A DNA stretch of 64,000 bases, from the NCBI GenBank assembly GCA_041645145.1, contig JBAZQO010000001.1, positions 2,327 through 66,326 on the forward strand, in the 5' to 3' direction. Below are positions 27,589 to 37,824 of this stretch, in pieces. The position numbers and the translations under genes are program-made. How positions within the stretch are numbered: the first letter of the stretch is position 1; each line of letters starts with the position of its first letter. Below the pieces are notes generated by a model. The model saw only the letters and a list, made by a program, of their open reading frames with translations, did no database searches and had not been told where the DNA came from. This DNA is from Candidatus Omnitrophota bacterium (lineage in GTDB: Bacteria > Omnitrophota > Gorgyraeia > Gygaellales > Profunditerraquicolaceae).

Positions 27589-28410
27589 TTAGACAATCTC
27601 AAGGCTCAAAATATTATCTATGCGAAAGGTGCGCTCCTCTTTTTTTAAACAACAATATCCTGCAAGATACTTATGCCCCTTATCCTGTTTTATCTCTTTA
27701 GGGATAACCTGGCGCTCGGTTACTTCAGCGCTATGGGTAGAGAGGTAACGTATCTTTAATGTTGCCTTTAAATCGATGCATTCCCGGATTTTAGAGGCCT
27801 TCTGCTCGTTGAAACTTTCCAGCAAGCCGGGATTAAAAGCAAAAAGGTTGGAGAAGCCGGCAAAATCAGTTATCCCCTTGGCCTGGCAGATAGCTTTGAG
27901 TTTACCAAAAACATCCCAGGTCATCTCCACGTCGGAGAAAGCGCGGTGCTCCTGTTTTGATTTAACCCCCAGCTTATCCGCTACAAACCAAAGCGCGTAA
28001 CGGCTCAAGCCCGGTATAAGCCTTTTAGCCATAGTGAGCAGGTCAAAAACAACCATATTGTTAACCGCAGGAAGAGAGATGAGCTTAAGCTCATTATTCA
28101 AAAAACCTAAATCAAACTCCGCGTTATATGAACAAAGGCAGCTGCCCCGGATAAATTCCAAGAATTGCAGGATAACCTCTTTAGGTTCCCTGGCGCTTTG
28201 CAGCATCTGGAGAGTTATTCTATTTACCGCAAAGGCAGCTTCAGAAACAGGTTGTCCAGGATTAACCAAAGAGGAGAACGTGGCGATTCTCTCCTTGCCT
28301 TTAAACCTTAAGCCCGCTATCTCAACTATGCGGTCTCCGGTTTGCCAATTAAGCCCAGTAGTCTCAGTGTCAAATATAGTAAACTCTACATCATCAATAT
28401 CTTTATGCAT
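27589..28410 (-). CDS. DnaQ-like (DEDDh) 3'-5' exonuclease with C-terminal WYL-like domain
   Basis: Exo I FTIFDTETTGLN, Exo II SYNAEFDLGFL, Exo III H..FSDVEMT. C-terminal ~90 aa: ...KYLAGYCCLKKEERTFRIDNILSLEI resembles the WYL ligand-binding domain core. Confidence 0.6.
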   Translation of the reverse strand: MHKDIDDVEFTIFDTETTGLNWQTGDRIVEIAGLRFKGKERIATFSSLVNPGQPVSEAAFAVNRITLQMLQSAREPKEVILQFLEFIRGSCLCSYNAEFDLGFLNNELKLISLPAVNNMVVFDLLTMAKRLIPGLSRYALWFVADKLGVKSKQEHRAFSDVEMTWDVFGKLKAICQAKGITDFAGFSNLFAFNPGLLESFNEQKASKIRECIDLKATLKIRYLSTHSAEVTERQVIPKEIKQDKGHKYLAGYCCLKKEERTFRIDNILSLEIV

Positions 28411-29299
28411 TCCTGGTCACTATATAAGCGGGAATTAACCGCTCCGGGTGATATGAGAGTTTTGTTTTACGTAAATTCTCCAAGCCCGAATCATCCATAA
28501 TATTAATGTATTTATAACTCTTTAACCCTTCGCAGAACCTGCGGAAGATAAATTGCGCCAGGCCCTTGACAGAAAGGTCGGTTATCTCATAAAGCACGCA
28601 GAATGTATCATAGCTCAACCTATAGCCAAAAGTAAACCCCTTGATTTGTTTATTAACCTTAACGACAATCCCCTCAAAACCCAGCTGCCTGTAATTAGCC
28701 AGGGCGACTTTGATTACCTTACGGTTATCCTCAAGCATCCCGCAATAAATATCGTCACCGCCCTGCCCCTTACGCGCCTGTGCCCAGGAACTAAATAAGC
28801 CTAAACAATCCGCCGCGTCCGCCGGAAGCAACGCCCTTGAATCAAAATCATAATGCTTGATAAAATAATTATAAGAGGCGCGCTGGGATTTAAATTTATT
28901 TCCCCTTAATAGCGCCAAATCGCGACACACACAAAGATAATCCGGATATTTATCTTGAGCCAGATAACCTAAGGCGCGGTAATATCCCAAATCCTGCTGC
29001 CGGACATTTTCAATACGGGAGATATCTTTATTTTTATTAATACCGTCCATAATTTCAAAAGCCTGTTTTATAATTAAAGGGTTTGGCTCTTTTCCCAGCA
29101 CAGGAAGATACATGAAGCAGCCGATCTTATCGCGGAAGAATACGCAAAGGCTGTTTTGGATCAAAACCCATTGGATATCAAAGAGGGCTTTCCAGATGTA
29201 GATATCGGGAAAAGAAAACGCTGCCAGTTCGTGCCTGCCTTGGGCAAGGTATCGATTAAACAGCTTTTGGTCTTTTAAGGTTAGCTTATTCAGTTTCAT
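28403..29299 (-). CDS. DUF2156-like protein (fold related to the aminoacyl-tRNA-dependent C-terminal domain of MprF-type lysyl-phosphatidylglycerol synthases)
   Basis: The N-terminal block LTLKDQKLFNRYLAQGRHELAAFSFPDIYIWK is characteristic of the DUF2156 family. ~298 aa; overlaps the upstream gene by 8 nt. Confidence 0.4.
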   Translation of the reverse strand: MKLNKLTLKDQKLFNRYLAQGRHELAAFSFPDIYIWKALFDIQWVLIQNSLCVFFRDKIGCFMYLPVLGKEPNPLIIKQAFEIMDGINKNKDISRIENVRQQDLGYYRALGYLAQDKYPDYLCVCRDLALLRGNKFKSQRASYNYFIKHYDFDSRALLPADAADCLGLFSSWAQARKGQGGDDIYCGMLEDNRKVIKVALANYRQLGFEGIVVKVNKQIKGFTFGYRLSYDTFCVLYEITDLSVKGLAQFIFRRFCEGLKSYKYINIMDDSGLENLRKTKLSYHPERLIPAYIVTRNA

Positions 29300-29796
29300 G
29301 GGGTGAGCTTTAATTCAGCGACCTCTCTTACTTCTTCATAAGCCTGGATGATCTGCGGGTTATCTTTAAGAATTTTCAGCTGTTTTGGCGAGTTAAGGTA
29401 GGTGGAAAGATAGGTAATATAATCCTGCATCTTTGGGCTGTCTATTGTCTCGACGACATAAGGGCAGTTTAAATCAACGGTCAGAAGCACTTTGCCTTTG
29501 CGCAGATTGATCAGAAAAGGGTAGAGCTGGCATTCAAAGGGCCGCAGATTGTAAATGCGGCATTGGTTATTCGCGTTGTTAAAAAAGGGGCAAATAAATC
29601 CATCGCCGCCAGGATCAGCCACAGCTTGGATACGCCGGTCTATAGATATAGAGGCTGCGGGTATGCCTTCCCTGTCCACCAACTCCTGCATCTCCTCATC
29701 CAATAAGCATGGGCTCCACACTGAATTTGCTTCTTTAAAGCGACAGCAAGAGCGGCATTTAAGGCAAAACTCCTGCGGCACAAATTGTTTGATCAT
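29296..29796 (-). CDS. YkgJ-family putative zinc/iron-chelating CxxCxxCC protein
   Basis: N-terminal CLKCRSCCRF matches the CxxCxxCC motif of PF03692-type proteins. Additional conserved Cys at CPFF, CRIY, CQLY, CPYV. Confidence 0.5.
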   Translation of the reverse strand: MIKQFVPQEFCLKCRSCCRFKEANSVWSPCLLDEEMQELVDREGIPAASISIDRRIQAVADPGGDGFICPFFNNANNQCRIYNLRPFECQLYPFLINLRKGKVLLTVDLNCPYVVETIDSPKMQDYITYLSTYLNSPKQLKILKDNPQIIQAYEEVREVAELKLTP

Positions 29797-29929
29797 TTAA
29801 CAATGCTCCCTCGGCCACCTAAATCCACGGTTAAAATCAATAATTTATCCGCGTTCGGATGGTCATTCACCTCTTTTATCTCCCCAATCCTTAACTCTAA
29901 CTTCCTGAAATCTTCAACAGTAACCATCT
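29795..29929 (-). pseudogene. 44-codon ORF encoding only the N-terminal part of a tRNA-binding (Trbp111/CsaA/MetRS C-terminal) domain - likely gene remnant
   Basis: Minus strand has AGGAGG, 7 nt, then ATG. The ORF encodes MVTVEDFRKLELRIGEIKEVNDHPNADKLLILTVDLGGRGSIVK, which is the conserved start of the OB-fold tRNA-binding domain. It ends at a TGA overlapping the ykgJ-like ATG. It is absent from the ORF track because it is under 60 aa. Coordinates +/-2. Confidence 0.35.
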
Positions 29930-29939
29930 TAAATCCTCC

Positions 29940-31454
29940 TTAGAATTTTAATTCCGCATAAAATTCAATCTGGTAAGCGTTATTCGCCCGGCCATCCCCG
30001 CGCACAAAAGGGCTAAACAGGCTTCCCTCTGCATCATCGCGGCTTTCTTTATAAAACCTGCCCGGGAAAAAACAACCACCCAGAAAACCAACCGTCATAT
30101 GCCTGTTTATCTTATAATCAATATAAAGATCCGCTTCATATCCCAGGTCGCGGGAGAGGTATTTCCCCTGGCCGTCTAAAGTTCCCACCGGACGGTTAAA
30201 TGCCCTTAGATAATAGCCGTACAAACTTACGCAAAGCTTATCCGTAAAATTATAATCAAAGCCTATTGAAGGCATGATTAGGTTTTCAAAATCACCTGAG
30301 AAAAATGTTTTTGGCCGCGGTACTCCGTAATTCAGACCATAACCTCCACCCATCGCTACAATAGGAAGCATATCTGCATTACTGCTGCTTATTGTATCCC
30401 CCAGGTTCATGTTGGTGGGGGAAAAATAACTAAAAGCGCGGTTTTTCCCCGAAACATACAGTGCCGTCGGGTCCCCCGCCATATCCGGCGTTACTTTATT
30501 GCCCGAGCAAAGCAAGAACTGCAATTCCGGGACGAATTTTCCCAGCACATAATCCAATCCGGAATAAAACATGTATCCGGTGTGCGCGATATCTTTATAA
30601 GCGCTATCCTGGCTCTGGGCGTATCCGAAATTATGCGCTGCCTCTAACTTTAAAGAGAAATCCTCTCCCTTAAACTTCCAGGCAGTGCCAAATGTCCCCA
30701 ACAGGTCTCTTTTTATGGGCGCCGCAAAAAGATTATCCCGCTTGCCATTAGAGGTATAATCCGCCAACATGCCTACATACGGCCAAAAAGTCTGCTTACC
30801 CGCGGTGATCTTAACGTCCGTAGAGAAGAAATTAGCCGCGTTAGGTTCGTATTTCTGGCCCTGCTCATTTTCCTGTTTAATATACGGGCCTAATTGATTT
30901 TTGTAAACCAGGTCCGAGCGGCAATAATAAAGGCGCCAGAGTAAATCTTGCGTTTCTTTATACAGGGTAATCCCGTAATTTTCATAATTGCCGTTAAGAC
31001 TGAAACCATTGCCTACTTCGTAGATATACAGCCCGGCTTTAAGGCCAAAGTTACCAAATATCCGGGAATCAAACCAGAATTCTTCAATCTGCGGAAGCAG
31101 TTCTGCGTTACGGTATTTCTCAATCCTGCCCCCGGAATTAATCAGCGTGTTGTGGATAAAAATAGGCGCGCTGTAATCATAAGGGCCGTTGCGCTCAAGC
31201 TTGATAAAAAACTTGTTTCCTGAATCTTTAAAATCCGCGCTAAAAGCAAAACTGTAATCTATCCCCAGATAGGTGGTATGGTCATCTTTATTGTGGCTAT
31301 CCAGATCCGCTACGTTCTTAAAACTTACCAGGTCGGTGCGCAAATAGGTATCTAATCCCAACGCCAGATGCTCAGTATTCAGCAGTTCGTAGCTGTGTGC
31401 GCAAGGAATAAAACTCAGGGCTAAAATTAAAACAAGCCAGGATTTTCTTAACAT
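29940..31454 (-). CDS. outer-membrane beta-barrel protein (secreted, C-terminal Phe)
   Basis: Signal peptide MLRKSWLVLILALSFIPCAHS. Alternating amphipathic beta-strand pattern rich in Y/G/N, and a terminal ...YAELKF aromatic residue typical of BamA-dependent OMPs. Confidence 0.5.
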   Translation of the reverse strand: MLRKSWLVLILALSFIPCAHSYELLNTEHLALGLDTYLRTDLVSFKNVADLDSHNKDDHTTYLGIDYSFAFSADFKDSGNKFFIKLERNGPYDYSAPIFIHNTLINSGGRIEKYRNAELLPQIEEFWFDSRIFGNFGLKAGLYIYEVGNGFSLNGNYENYGITLYKETQDLLWRLYYCRSDLVYKNQLGPYIKQENEQGQKYEPNAANFFSTDVKITAGKQTFWPYVGMLADYTSNGKRDNLFAAPIKRDLLGTFGTAWKFKGEDFSLKLEAAHNFGYAQSQDSAYKDIAHTGYMFYSGLDYVLGKFVPELQFLLCSGNKVTPDMAGDPTALYVSGKNRAFSYFSPTNMNLGDTISSSNADMLPIVAMGGGYGLNYGVPRPKTFFSGDFENLIMPSIGFDYNFTDKLCVSLYGYYLRAFNRPVGTLDGQGKYLSRDLGYEADLYIDYKINRHMTVGFLGGCFFPGRFYKESRDDAEGSLFSPFVRGDGRANNAYQIEFYAELKF

Positions 31455-31540
31455 CTTCCGGATTTTGGGATACCTTCGCTTAAAGACTTAGGTTTATGCT
31501 AACACTTGCGGCGGGAAAACTCAAGGAAAACAAAATTAAG

Positions 31541-31616
31541 CGGGGCCGACGAGATTCGGACTCGCGATCTCCTCCGTGACAGGGAGGCGCTTTAAACCAG
31601 GCTAAGCTACGACCCC
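31541..31616 (-). tRNA. tRNA-Asp (anticodon GTC)
   Basis: Minus-strand cloverleaf with a 7-bp acceptor GGGGTCG/CGGCCCC containing one G-U pair. D-arm GCTT/AAGC. Anticodon arm CCTCC-CTGTCAC-GGAGG with anticodon GTC. 5-nt variable loop. T-arm GCGAG-TCCGAAT-CTCGT. Discriminator G, no encoded CCA. Confidence 0.8.
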
Positions 31617-31690
31617 CGCATTAACTAAAATTTTAGAAATTTATTATACTTTCTTTTGAATCAAAGTCCACTATTTATTTTGCAATTTAA

Positions 31691-31767
31691 TGGTGGGCGA
31701 TAGAGGACTTGAACCCCTGACCCTTTGCGTGTAAAGCAAATGCTCTAACCAACTGAGCTAATCGCCC
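31691..31767 (-). tRNA. tRNA-Val (anticodon TAC)
   Basis: Reverse complement reads GGGCGATTAGCTCAGTTGGTTAGAGC ATTTGCTTTACACGCAAAG GGTCAGGGGTTCAAGTCCTCTATCGCCCACCA. Anticodon loop TTTACAC gives TAC. Canonical GTTCAAGTC T-arm. CCA encoded. Confidence 0.85.
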
Positions 31768-31772
31768 AAAAT

Positions 31773-32231
31773 TTATAATCCGGATAGCTTCCCCAGGATA
31801 ATCAGAGTAAAAACCATTACAAAAAGCGCAACCGTTTCAGTAATACCCAAAACTGCCAGGTAATTTCCGAAACCCTTGCCAGTCTCACCCATAGCATCGC
31901 AGGCACAGGCAGCGCATTTACCTTGGAAATAAGCGGAAAGGCCTATTGCCATGCCGGCAAAAGCACCTACTCCCCAAAGATATTGCCCTTTATTGGCCAG
32001 TTCGATCATCTTGGTCATTACGATATTGCCATAAATTGTCTGCGTTAGAGGCGCACCGACCAAAGCAACCAGCAAGAATGAAGCGCTTTTATTCTGGTTG
32101 AAGTTTTTCTTCCATGCCCCTATTGCAGCCATTCCTGCTACACCTGCCCCTGCGGCAGAGCCCAAAGCTGAAAGACCAAGCACTAGCCCTAACCCCAAAT
32201 CCTTAAACTGTATTAAAGCCCCTGTTTCCAT
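31773..32231 (-). CDS. atpK: V/A-type ATP synthase proteolipid subunit K (duplicated 4-TM c subunit)
   Basis: 152 aa with four hydrophobic helices. Helix 2 carries LTQTIYG, helix 3 carries YFQG, and helix 4 carries GITETVALF with the conserved carboxylate. Confidence 0.8.
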   Translation of the reverse strand: METGALIQFKDLGLGLVLGLSALGSAAGAGVAGMAAIGAWKKNFNQNKSASFLLVALVGAPLTQTIYGNIVMTKMIELANKGQYLWGVGAFAGMAIGLSAYFQGKCAACACDAMGETGKGFGNYLAVLGITETVALFVMVFTLIILGKLSGL

Positions 32232-32314
32232 CTTAATTCTCCTTTAAATGAGCACTAAACTTACGGGGTACGAAGTCACGAAGTGAGGCGTAAGTTTATG
32301 TGCGGGAACATACT

Positions 32315-34090
32315 TTATTCTTCCTTACAAAACGGTTTATAGGCAAAACCATCCCAGACAACATTGGCGTGGCTGCAAAACTCCAGCACATTAAGCCTTA
32401 CCCCATGGACTAAAACCGACATCGGCCCCAAGATAATATTAAGTGCATGCCCACAGGCAATAATTAAAGCGGCTATAATTATAGTTAAAAAGTCGCCTTT
32501 TTTAATTATTCCGGCAGCCATGGCGTTAAAAGCATCTGCGATAGCTACGCCTGCCAAACCCACCGCAAAAAGACGGATATAGGAAACTACGTCGGTAAAG
32601 TTATTTACCAGGGTTAAAGCTATTGTACCTAAGCCTGCGCCGATTGTCTTAAATATGTTTTTTTGCGGGTTGGTAAAAAATAAAATCAAAATTAAGCCGG
32701 CTATAATCAACCAGTTTCCGAATAATGGGAAAGCATTGCTCAAAAGCAAGCTTTTGGCTAAGAAAAATACTGCCCAGATAATAAAAATCCAGCCTATATC
32801 CGCCAGGGCTGATAATGTCGGAGCCTTTAGTATTGCCCTCCAGCCATGAGCCAGAGATAGGTGTAGCGCACCAATAAAAAAACATAACGCCTGGACAAAG
32901 GCCGCATTATGCAGCGCCGGAACCAGAGGTTTTACCCCTATATCGAACAACCATTCCTGGCCAAAAAATGTTCCAGTCAATAACCCCCATATAATAGCGC
33001 AAAAACTCAGGTTATAAAAGAGAAAAAATACGCTTTTATCTTTAACTTTATATCCAATTTTCTTCTGTAGCCAAAAGTTAAGCAGCAAATAAACCGCTCC
33101 GTATCCAGCATCACCAATAAGCATGCCAAAAAAAATACTAAAAAATATAATAAAAAGCGGGCTGATATCAAGTTCACGGTACCCCGGAATAAGCTCCAGC
33201 AGTTTTAGTACCGGTTTTATAAGTGAAATCCAGGCGGGATTACGGACCAAGGTTGGTACGGCATCTTCCTCATTGGGCTCAAGGGTTAAGATTCCCCAGC
33301 CGTTTTGTTTTGCCTGCTTAACCAACATATCTTCTACATCAATTGGTATATAGCCTTTCAAATATACAATCTCATTTGCCTGCCCCATACCTTTTAAGAC
33401 AGAATAAAAATCTTTTTGATTTAAAAAGGCTTCTTCGACGGCAATAAAATCACGATTATAAACCAAATGCGCGGATAGCTCTTCTCTTATGTTTTGCATA
33501 ACCTTAGTATCTTCACTAAACTTGTTTCTCATGCCAGATAGTGATAATTTAGGTAATTCTAATTCCTTAAAACCAATCTCTATATTTTCTGTTGCCACAA
33601 CTAGACAATTTATTAATGCGCCCTGTACAGAAATCTTCTTTAATAGTATACCTGGCGGCAAACTTTTGATCTTATCCTTGGGAATCTGGTAAAATTTAAT
33701 CAGAACATTCTTTTGTTGCAGAGCCTTTATCTGGGCAGGGTCAAAATCACCCCAAGACTCCCATAAATCTATCCAGTTATTCAAGGTTACCGAATACTCC
33801 CTTAATTGATCATACCTTTTCTGTAAATCAATGACGTGGCGACAGACGGCATCCAAATCTTCTGATTTACGGATTATATGTTTTCCCGGATGTTTCTGGT
33901 TAGCCGCCGATAAAACAGACCTGGCTTGTTCAATCAGATTTAGCTTCTCGCTGATTTCATTAAGCTCAGAGCCACAAGGAATATTCTCGTGCTCAACATG
34001 AACTACCCCCAAGACACGTAAATCATCCAAAGCGCCTTGGGCATGGTTCTGCTGGATAAGCAGAAATACTTTTTTCATTTTAACAATCAT
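32315..34090 (-). CDS. atpI: V/A-type ATP synthase subunit I (a-subunit)
   Basis: 591 aa. A soluble N-terminal coiled-coil half is followed by a polytopic C-terminal half containing the conserved Arg-bearing helix (...SYIRLFAVGLAG...). Confidence 0.8.
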   Translation of the reverse strand: MIVKMKKVFLLIQQNHAQGALDDLRVLGVVHVEHENIPCGSELNEISEKLNLIEQARSVLSAANQKHPGKHIIRKSEDLDAVCRHVIDLQKRYDQLREYSVTLNNWIDLWESWGDFDPAQIKALQQKNVLIKFYQIPKDKIKSLPPGILLKKISVQGALINCLVVATENIEIGFKELELPKLSLSGMRNKFSEDTKVMQNIREELSAHLVYNRDFIAVEEAFLNQKDFYSVLKGMGQANEIVYLKGYIPIDVEDMLVKQAKQNGWGILTLEPNEEDAVPTLVRNPAWISLIKPVLKLLELIPGYRELDISPLFIIFFSIFFGMLIGDAGYGAVYLLLNFWLQKKIGYKVKDKSVFFLFYNLSFCAIIWGLLTGTFFGQEWLFDIGVKPLVPALHNAAFVQALCFFIGALHLSLAHGWRAILKAPTLSALADIGWIFIIWAVFFLAKSLLLSNAFPLFGNWLIIAGLILILFFTNPQKNIFKTIGAGLGTIALTLVNNFTDVVSYIRLFAVGLAGVAIADAFNAMAAGIIKKGDFLTIIIAALIIACGHALNIILGPMSVLVHGVRLNVLEFCSHANVVWDGFAYKPFCKEE

Positions 34091-34725
34091 GCTATCGCCT
34101 CTTCTAAAGCCAGCTCCTCAATCTTTCTTTTAGCAATTTTACAGCGGCCCACGGCATTAGCCATCTGGTCACCTATATAAATCTTAATCAACCGAATATC
34201 CTCTTCTGCCTGCGGAATTTTAACCTTTTCAAAAAGATTAACCCGTTGAGTCGTAATGCGCAGTTCATGCCGCAATATGGCAATACCTTCCTGACGCATC
34301 AAGATCTCTTTTTTTAAAATAATAGTTTCCCTAAGCGCCTCGATTGCTGCGTCAATCCATAAAGGGGTAGAGAACAAATCATATTCGCCTGTGTCAAATT
34401 CCAACGCATCAAATACAGGGATATCCACACCGGCGATATTCTTAAAATGGGTATTTGTTTTGCTTGGCAATAAAAATGGTTTCAGGTCAACTTCCGGCTG
34501 ATTGAGCAAACCAATCCAGTGGTCAATCGCCTGTCTTTTTTTAATCAGAGATTGTTTTCTTTCTTCGAGGATTAAATTCTGCTGCAGGATTTCCAGCTGC
34601 AACTGCTGTTTTTTCAATTGCAAAGTAGGTAGATAGCGCTGGAATTGTTTTAATGCATCGCGCTGCCTCTTTAATTCACCCTTAGTAAGCCTTATCTTTG
34701 CCATTATTTCTTCAGCCAGCCCCAT
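34087..34725 (-). CDS. atpD: V/A-type ATP synthase subunit D (central stalk)
   Basis: 212 aa, highly helical with long coiled coil (LQLKKQQLQLEILQQNL...). It sits between B and I as in V-type operons. Confidence 0.7.
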   Translation of the reverse strand: MGLAEEIMAKIRLTKGELKRQRDALKQFQRYLPTLQLKKQQLQLEILQQNLILEERKQSLIKKRQAIDHWIGLLNQPEVDLKPFLLPSKTNTHFKNIAGVDIPVFDALEFDTGEYDLFSTPLWIDAAIEALRETIILKKEILMRQEGIAILRHELRITTQRVNLFEKVKIPQAEEDIRLIKIYIGDQMANAVGRCKIAKRKIEELALEEAIA

Positions 34726-34775
34726 TAGAAACAGGTTACCAGAGGCAACCGTGAGGTATCTCTGATGTATTGTTT

Positions 34776-36068
34776 CTAACGGGGCCAGTACTGCTCAACA
34801 ATTGAACGCTTGATCCCGGTTTCCTCCGGGCTGAAAGAATCCGCTAAGATTTGCCAACCCAGATCTAAGGCTTTTTCCAAAGGGATATTTACTTTAAGCG
34901 ACATCATGTTCTTTTCAAAAAGCTCCCCGTATTTAAGCAGTTTCTTATCCCAGGCGCTCATCTGAAAACCCATGGATTGTTTTTCAACAGTCTGGCGATA
35001 GCTGGCAAAAAGCTGGATCATCGTATCCATAATAGCGCGGTGGTCTGGCCGGGTCTTACCGTTTACCTGCTGCTTGAGCCGGCTTAATGAACCAAACGGT
35101 TCAATAACCCCATCTTTAAGATAAAACTGGCCCTCCGTAATATAACCTGTATTATCCGGGACAGGGTGTGTTACATCATCGCCCGGCATGGTAGTTGCCG
35201 CAAGAATCGTGATCGAACCTGCCCCTTCAAAATCAACTGCCTTTTCATAACGGCTGGCCAACTGACTGTAAAGATCCCCGGGATAACCGCGGTTAGAGGG
35301 GACCTGTTCCATGGTTATGGAGATTTCTTTTAAGGCGTCGGCAAAATTGGTCATATCGCTTAACAGGACTAATACGCGTTGGCCTTTTAAAGCAAAATCC
35401 TCGGCTACTGCCAGGGCCATATCCGGCACTAAAAGGCATTCCACCACCGGATCAGAAGCGGTATGCATAAAAAATATGGAACGGCTTAAAGCCCCGTGCT
35501 GCTTTAATGTCTCCTTAAAAAATAAATAATCATCATATTTTAGGCCCATGCCGCCTAGAATAATAATGTCGATCTCGGCCTGAATAGCGATCCTGGCTAA
35601 TAGTTCATTGTAAGGCTGGCCGGCAATGGAGAAAATAGGCAGCTTCTGCGATTCCACCAAAGAATTAAATACATCGATCATGGGGATGCCGGTGCGGATC
35701 ATCTTATTAGGCACGATTCTTTTTACCGGGTTAACCGGCGGGCCGCCTATATCAATCATATTCTCGGAAAGTTCCGGGCCACGGTCTAAAGGCATACCGC
35801 TGCCGTTAAATATGCGGCCTAATAGATTCTCTCCCGTGCCTACGCGCATAGGGCGGCCTAAGAAACGCACCTTATCCCCCGTAGAAATACCCCGGCTTCC
35901 GGCAAAGACTTGCAAAGACACTTTCCTGCCGTCAATACGGATGACCTGGGCAAAGCTTGAGCCCTGGCGCACCGAGACCTGGGCGACATCATTATAACCT
36001 ACCCCTTCAGCCTCAACGGTGATCACGTCTCCGGCAATCTGAATAATATTGGTATATACCTTTTGCAT
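34776..36068 (-). CDS. atpB: V/A-type ATP synthase subunit B (regulatory)
   Basis: 430 aa. The nucleotide-binding fold lacks a full P-loop, as expected for B subunits. Conserved blocks [32 protein letters not shown]. Confidence 0.85.
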   Translation of the reverse strand: MQKVYTNIIQIAGDVITVEAEGVGYNDVAQVSVRQGSSFAQVIRIDGRKVSLQVFAGSRGISTGDKVRFLGRPMRVGTGENLLGRIFNGSGMPLDRGPELSENMIDIGGPPVNPVKRIVPNKMIRTGIPMIDVFNSLVESQKLPIFSIAGQPYNELLARIAIQAEIDIIILGGMGLKYDDYLFFKETLKQHGALSRSIFFMHTASDPVVECLLVPDMALAVAEDFALKGQRVLVLLSDMTNFADALKEISITMEQVPSNRGYPGDLYSQLASRYEKAVDFEGAGSITILAATTMPGDDVTHPVPDNTGYITEGQFYLKDGVIEPFGSLSRLKQQVNGKTRPDHRAIMDTMIQLFASYRQTVEKQSMGFQMSAWDKKLLKYGELFEKNMMSLKVNIPLEKALDLGWQILADSFSPEETGIKRSIVEQYWPR

Positions 36069-36069
36069 T

Positions 36070-37824
36070 TTATTTTTCTTCCGGGATTCTCTTCTCTTCC
36101 AGTAATATAGAGATCTCTTCTTCGGTCTGCCTAAACTCTGCGCTCATCCAGGCGCTTGAATTCCAGGTACGCAACAGCTGCCTTAATCTCTGAAAAAAGC
36201 GCAAAGCCTTTTCTTTGTCCTCTAATTTAAAGTCGCTAAGCAGTATATTATGGATAAAATCAAATATATAAACCTGCCTTTCTTGAGATGTGGCCTCATC
36301 CACCGCATCAAAAGCATTCTGCTGCAGATAAACAAAATCAAAAAACTCACCCTTAAGATACCCTATGTAATCTTTAAGTGAGATCCCTTCCTCTCCGATA
36401 ACCTTCATCATCTGGGAGATCTCATAGCTTCTGCGCAAGGCCTCATGCCCGTAATTTTCTTTTTTCTCGTCGATAAATCCCTTATATTTGCTCCAGCTGA
36501 TCAGCGGGTCGATCGCCGGATACCTGCGCGCATCGGAACGTTCGCGGGAAAGGCCGTGAAATGCCCCCACTACTTTAAGCGTGGCCTGGGTAACCGGCTC
36601 TTCGAAGTTTCCTCCGGCAGGGCTGACTGCCCCTCCGATAGTAACCGAACCGAAAGAGCCGTCATGCAACCTGACTAACCCGGCCCTTTCATAAAAAGAG
36701 GCGATGCGCGATTCAAGATAGGCAGGAAATGCCTCTTCTCCCGGAATCTCTTCTAATCTTCCGGACATCTCGCGCATGGCCTGGGCCCAGCGCGAAGTTG
36801 AATCCGCAAGCAGCAAAACATTTAAACCCATCTGGCGGTAATACTCCGCCAGTGTCACCGCGGTATAAACGCTGGATTCCCTGGCAGCAACAGGCATAGA
36901 GCTTGTATTGCAGATGATCACTGTGCGGTCAATAAGCGGTGAGTTTGTGCGCGGATCAATTATCTCAGGGAAGCTCTTAAGTGTCTCAACTACCTCTCCG
37001 GCGCGCTCGCCGCAGGCGGCAATAATCACAATATCCACCTCTGCGTGGCGGCTGGTTAGTTGCTGTAAAACGGTTTTTCCCGCGCCAAACGGCCCGGGTA
37101 TGCAATAAGTGCCTCCGCGGGCCACCGGAAACAAGGAATCAATAAGGCGCATCTTGGTTATCAGCGGCTCGCCGGGCTTTAGTTTCTCGGCATATGCCTG
37201 GATAGGAATCTTAACCGGCCAAATCTGTTGTAAAAAAACATCATGTATTCTCCCCGCGGCATTTCTAACTTGAGCAATCGATTGCTTTAAATTATACTTT
37301 CCTGGCGCAGCGACATTTGTTACCTCTAGACTACCAGAAAGCGCGAAAGGAACCATAATATAATGCTTAAAGATTTTCTCTGGGACAAAACCCAACCAAC
37401 TGCCGGCTAAAACTTTATCCCCTAGTTTTACCAAAGGAGTAAAATCCCATTGCGCTTCATCAGAAAGAGCTTCGAGATATACGCCACGTTTAAGAAAAAA
37501 ACCACATTTTTCCGCCAATGCCGGAAGAGGATTTTGCAAACCGTCAAAAATCTGACCCAACAATCCCGGGCCCAACTCAACAGAAAGCAATTCATCACTA
37601 AATTCAACTTCTTGGCCAACCCTTAAACCCGCGGTATTTTCATAAACCTGCATCTCGGCGCGATTTTCTCTTACGCGGATTACCTCTGCCTTTAAACGCT
37701 CAGCGCCATGCAAAATATAGGCAACCTCATTCTGAATAATATGGCCATCGACTTCTGCGACAACCATATTGGCATTAACTTTTACGACGCGCCCGGTTCT
37801 TTTCTTTTCCATATTAGTTTGCAA
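36070..37824 (-). CDS. atpA: V/A-type ATP synthase catalytic subunit A
   Basis: 584 aa. P-loop GPFGAGKT. N-terminal beta-barrel plus the non-homologous insert typical of A subunits. Walker B region [17 protein letters not shown]. Confidence 0.9.
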   Translation of the reverse strand: MQTNMEKKRTGRVVKVNANMVVAEVDGHIIQNEVAYILHGAERLKAEVIRVRENRAEMQVYENTAGLRVGQEVEFSDELLSVELGPGLLGQIFDGLQNPLPALAEKCGFFLKRGVYLEALSDEAQWDFTPLVKLGDKVLAGSWLGFVPEKIFKHYIMVPFALSGSLEVTNVAAPGKYNLKQSIAQVRNAAGRIHDVFLQQIWPVKIPIQAYAEKLKPGEPLITKMRLIDSLFPVARGGTYCIPGPFGAGKTVLQQLTSRHAEVDIVIIAACGERAGEVVETLKSFPEIIDPRTNSPLIDRTVIICNTSSMPVAARESSVYTAVTLAEYYRQMGLNVLLLADSTSRWAQAMREMSGRLEEIPGEEAFPAYLESRIASFYERAGLVRLHDGSFGSVTIGGAVSPAGGNFEEPVTQATLKVVGAFHGLSRERSDARRYPAIDPLISWSKYKGFIDEKKENYGHEALRRSYEISQMMKVIGEEGISLKDYIGYLKGEFFDFVYLQQNAFDAVDEATSQERQVYIFDFIHNILLSDFKLEDKEKALRFFQRLRQLLRTWNSSAWMSAEFRQTEEEISILLEEKRIPEEK

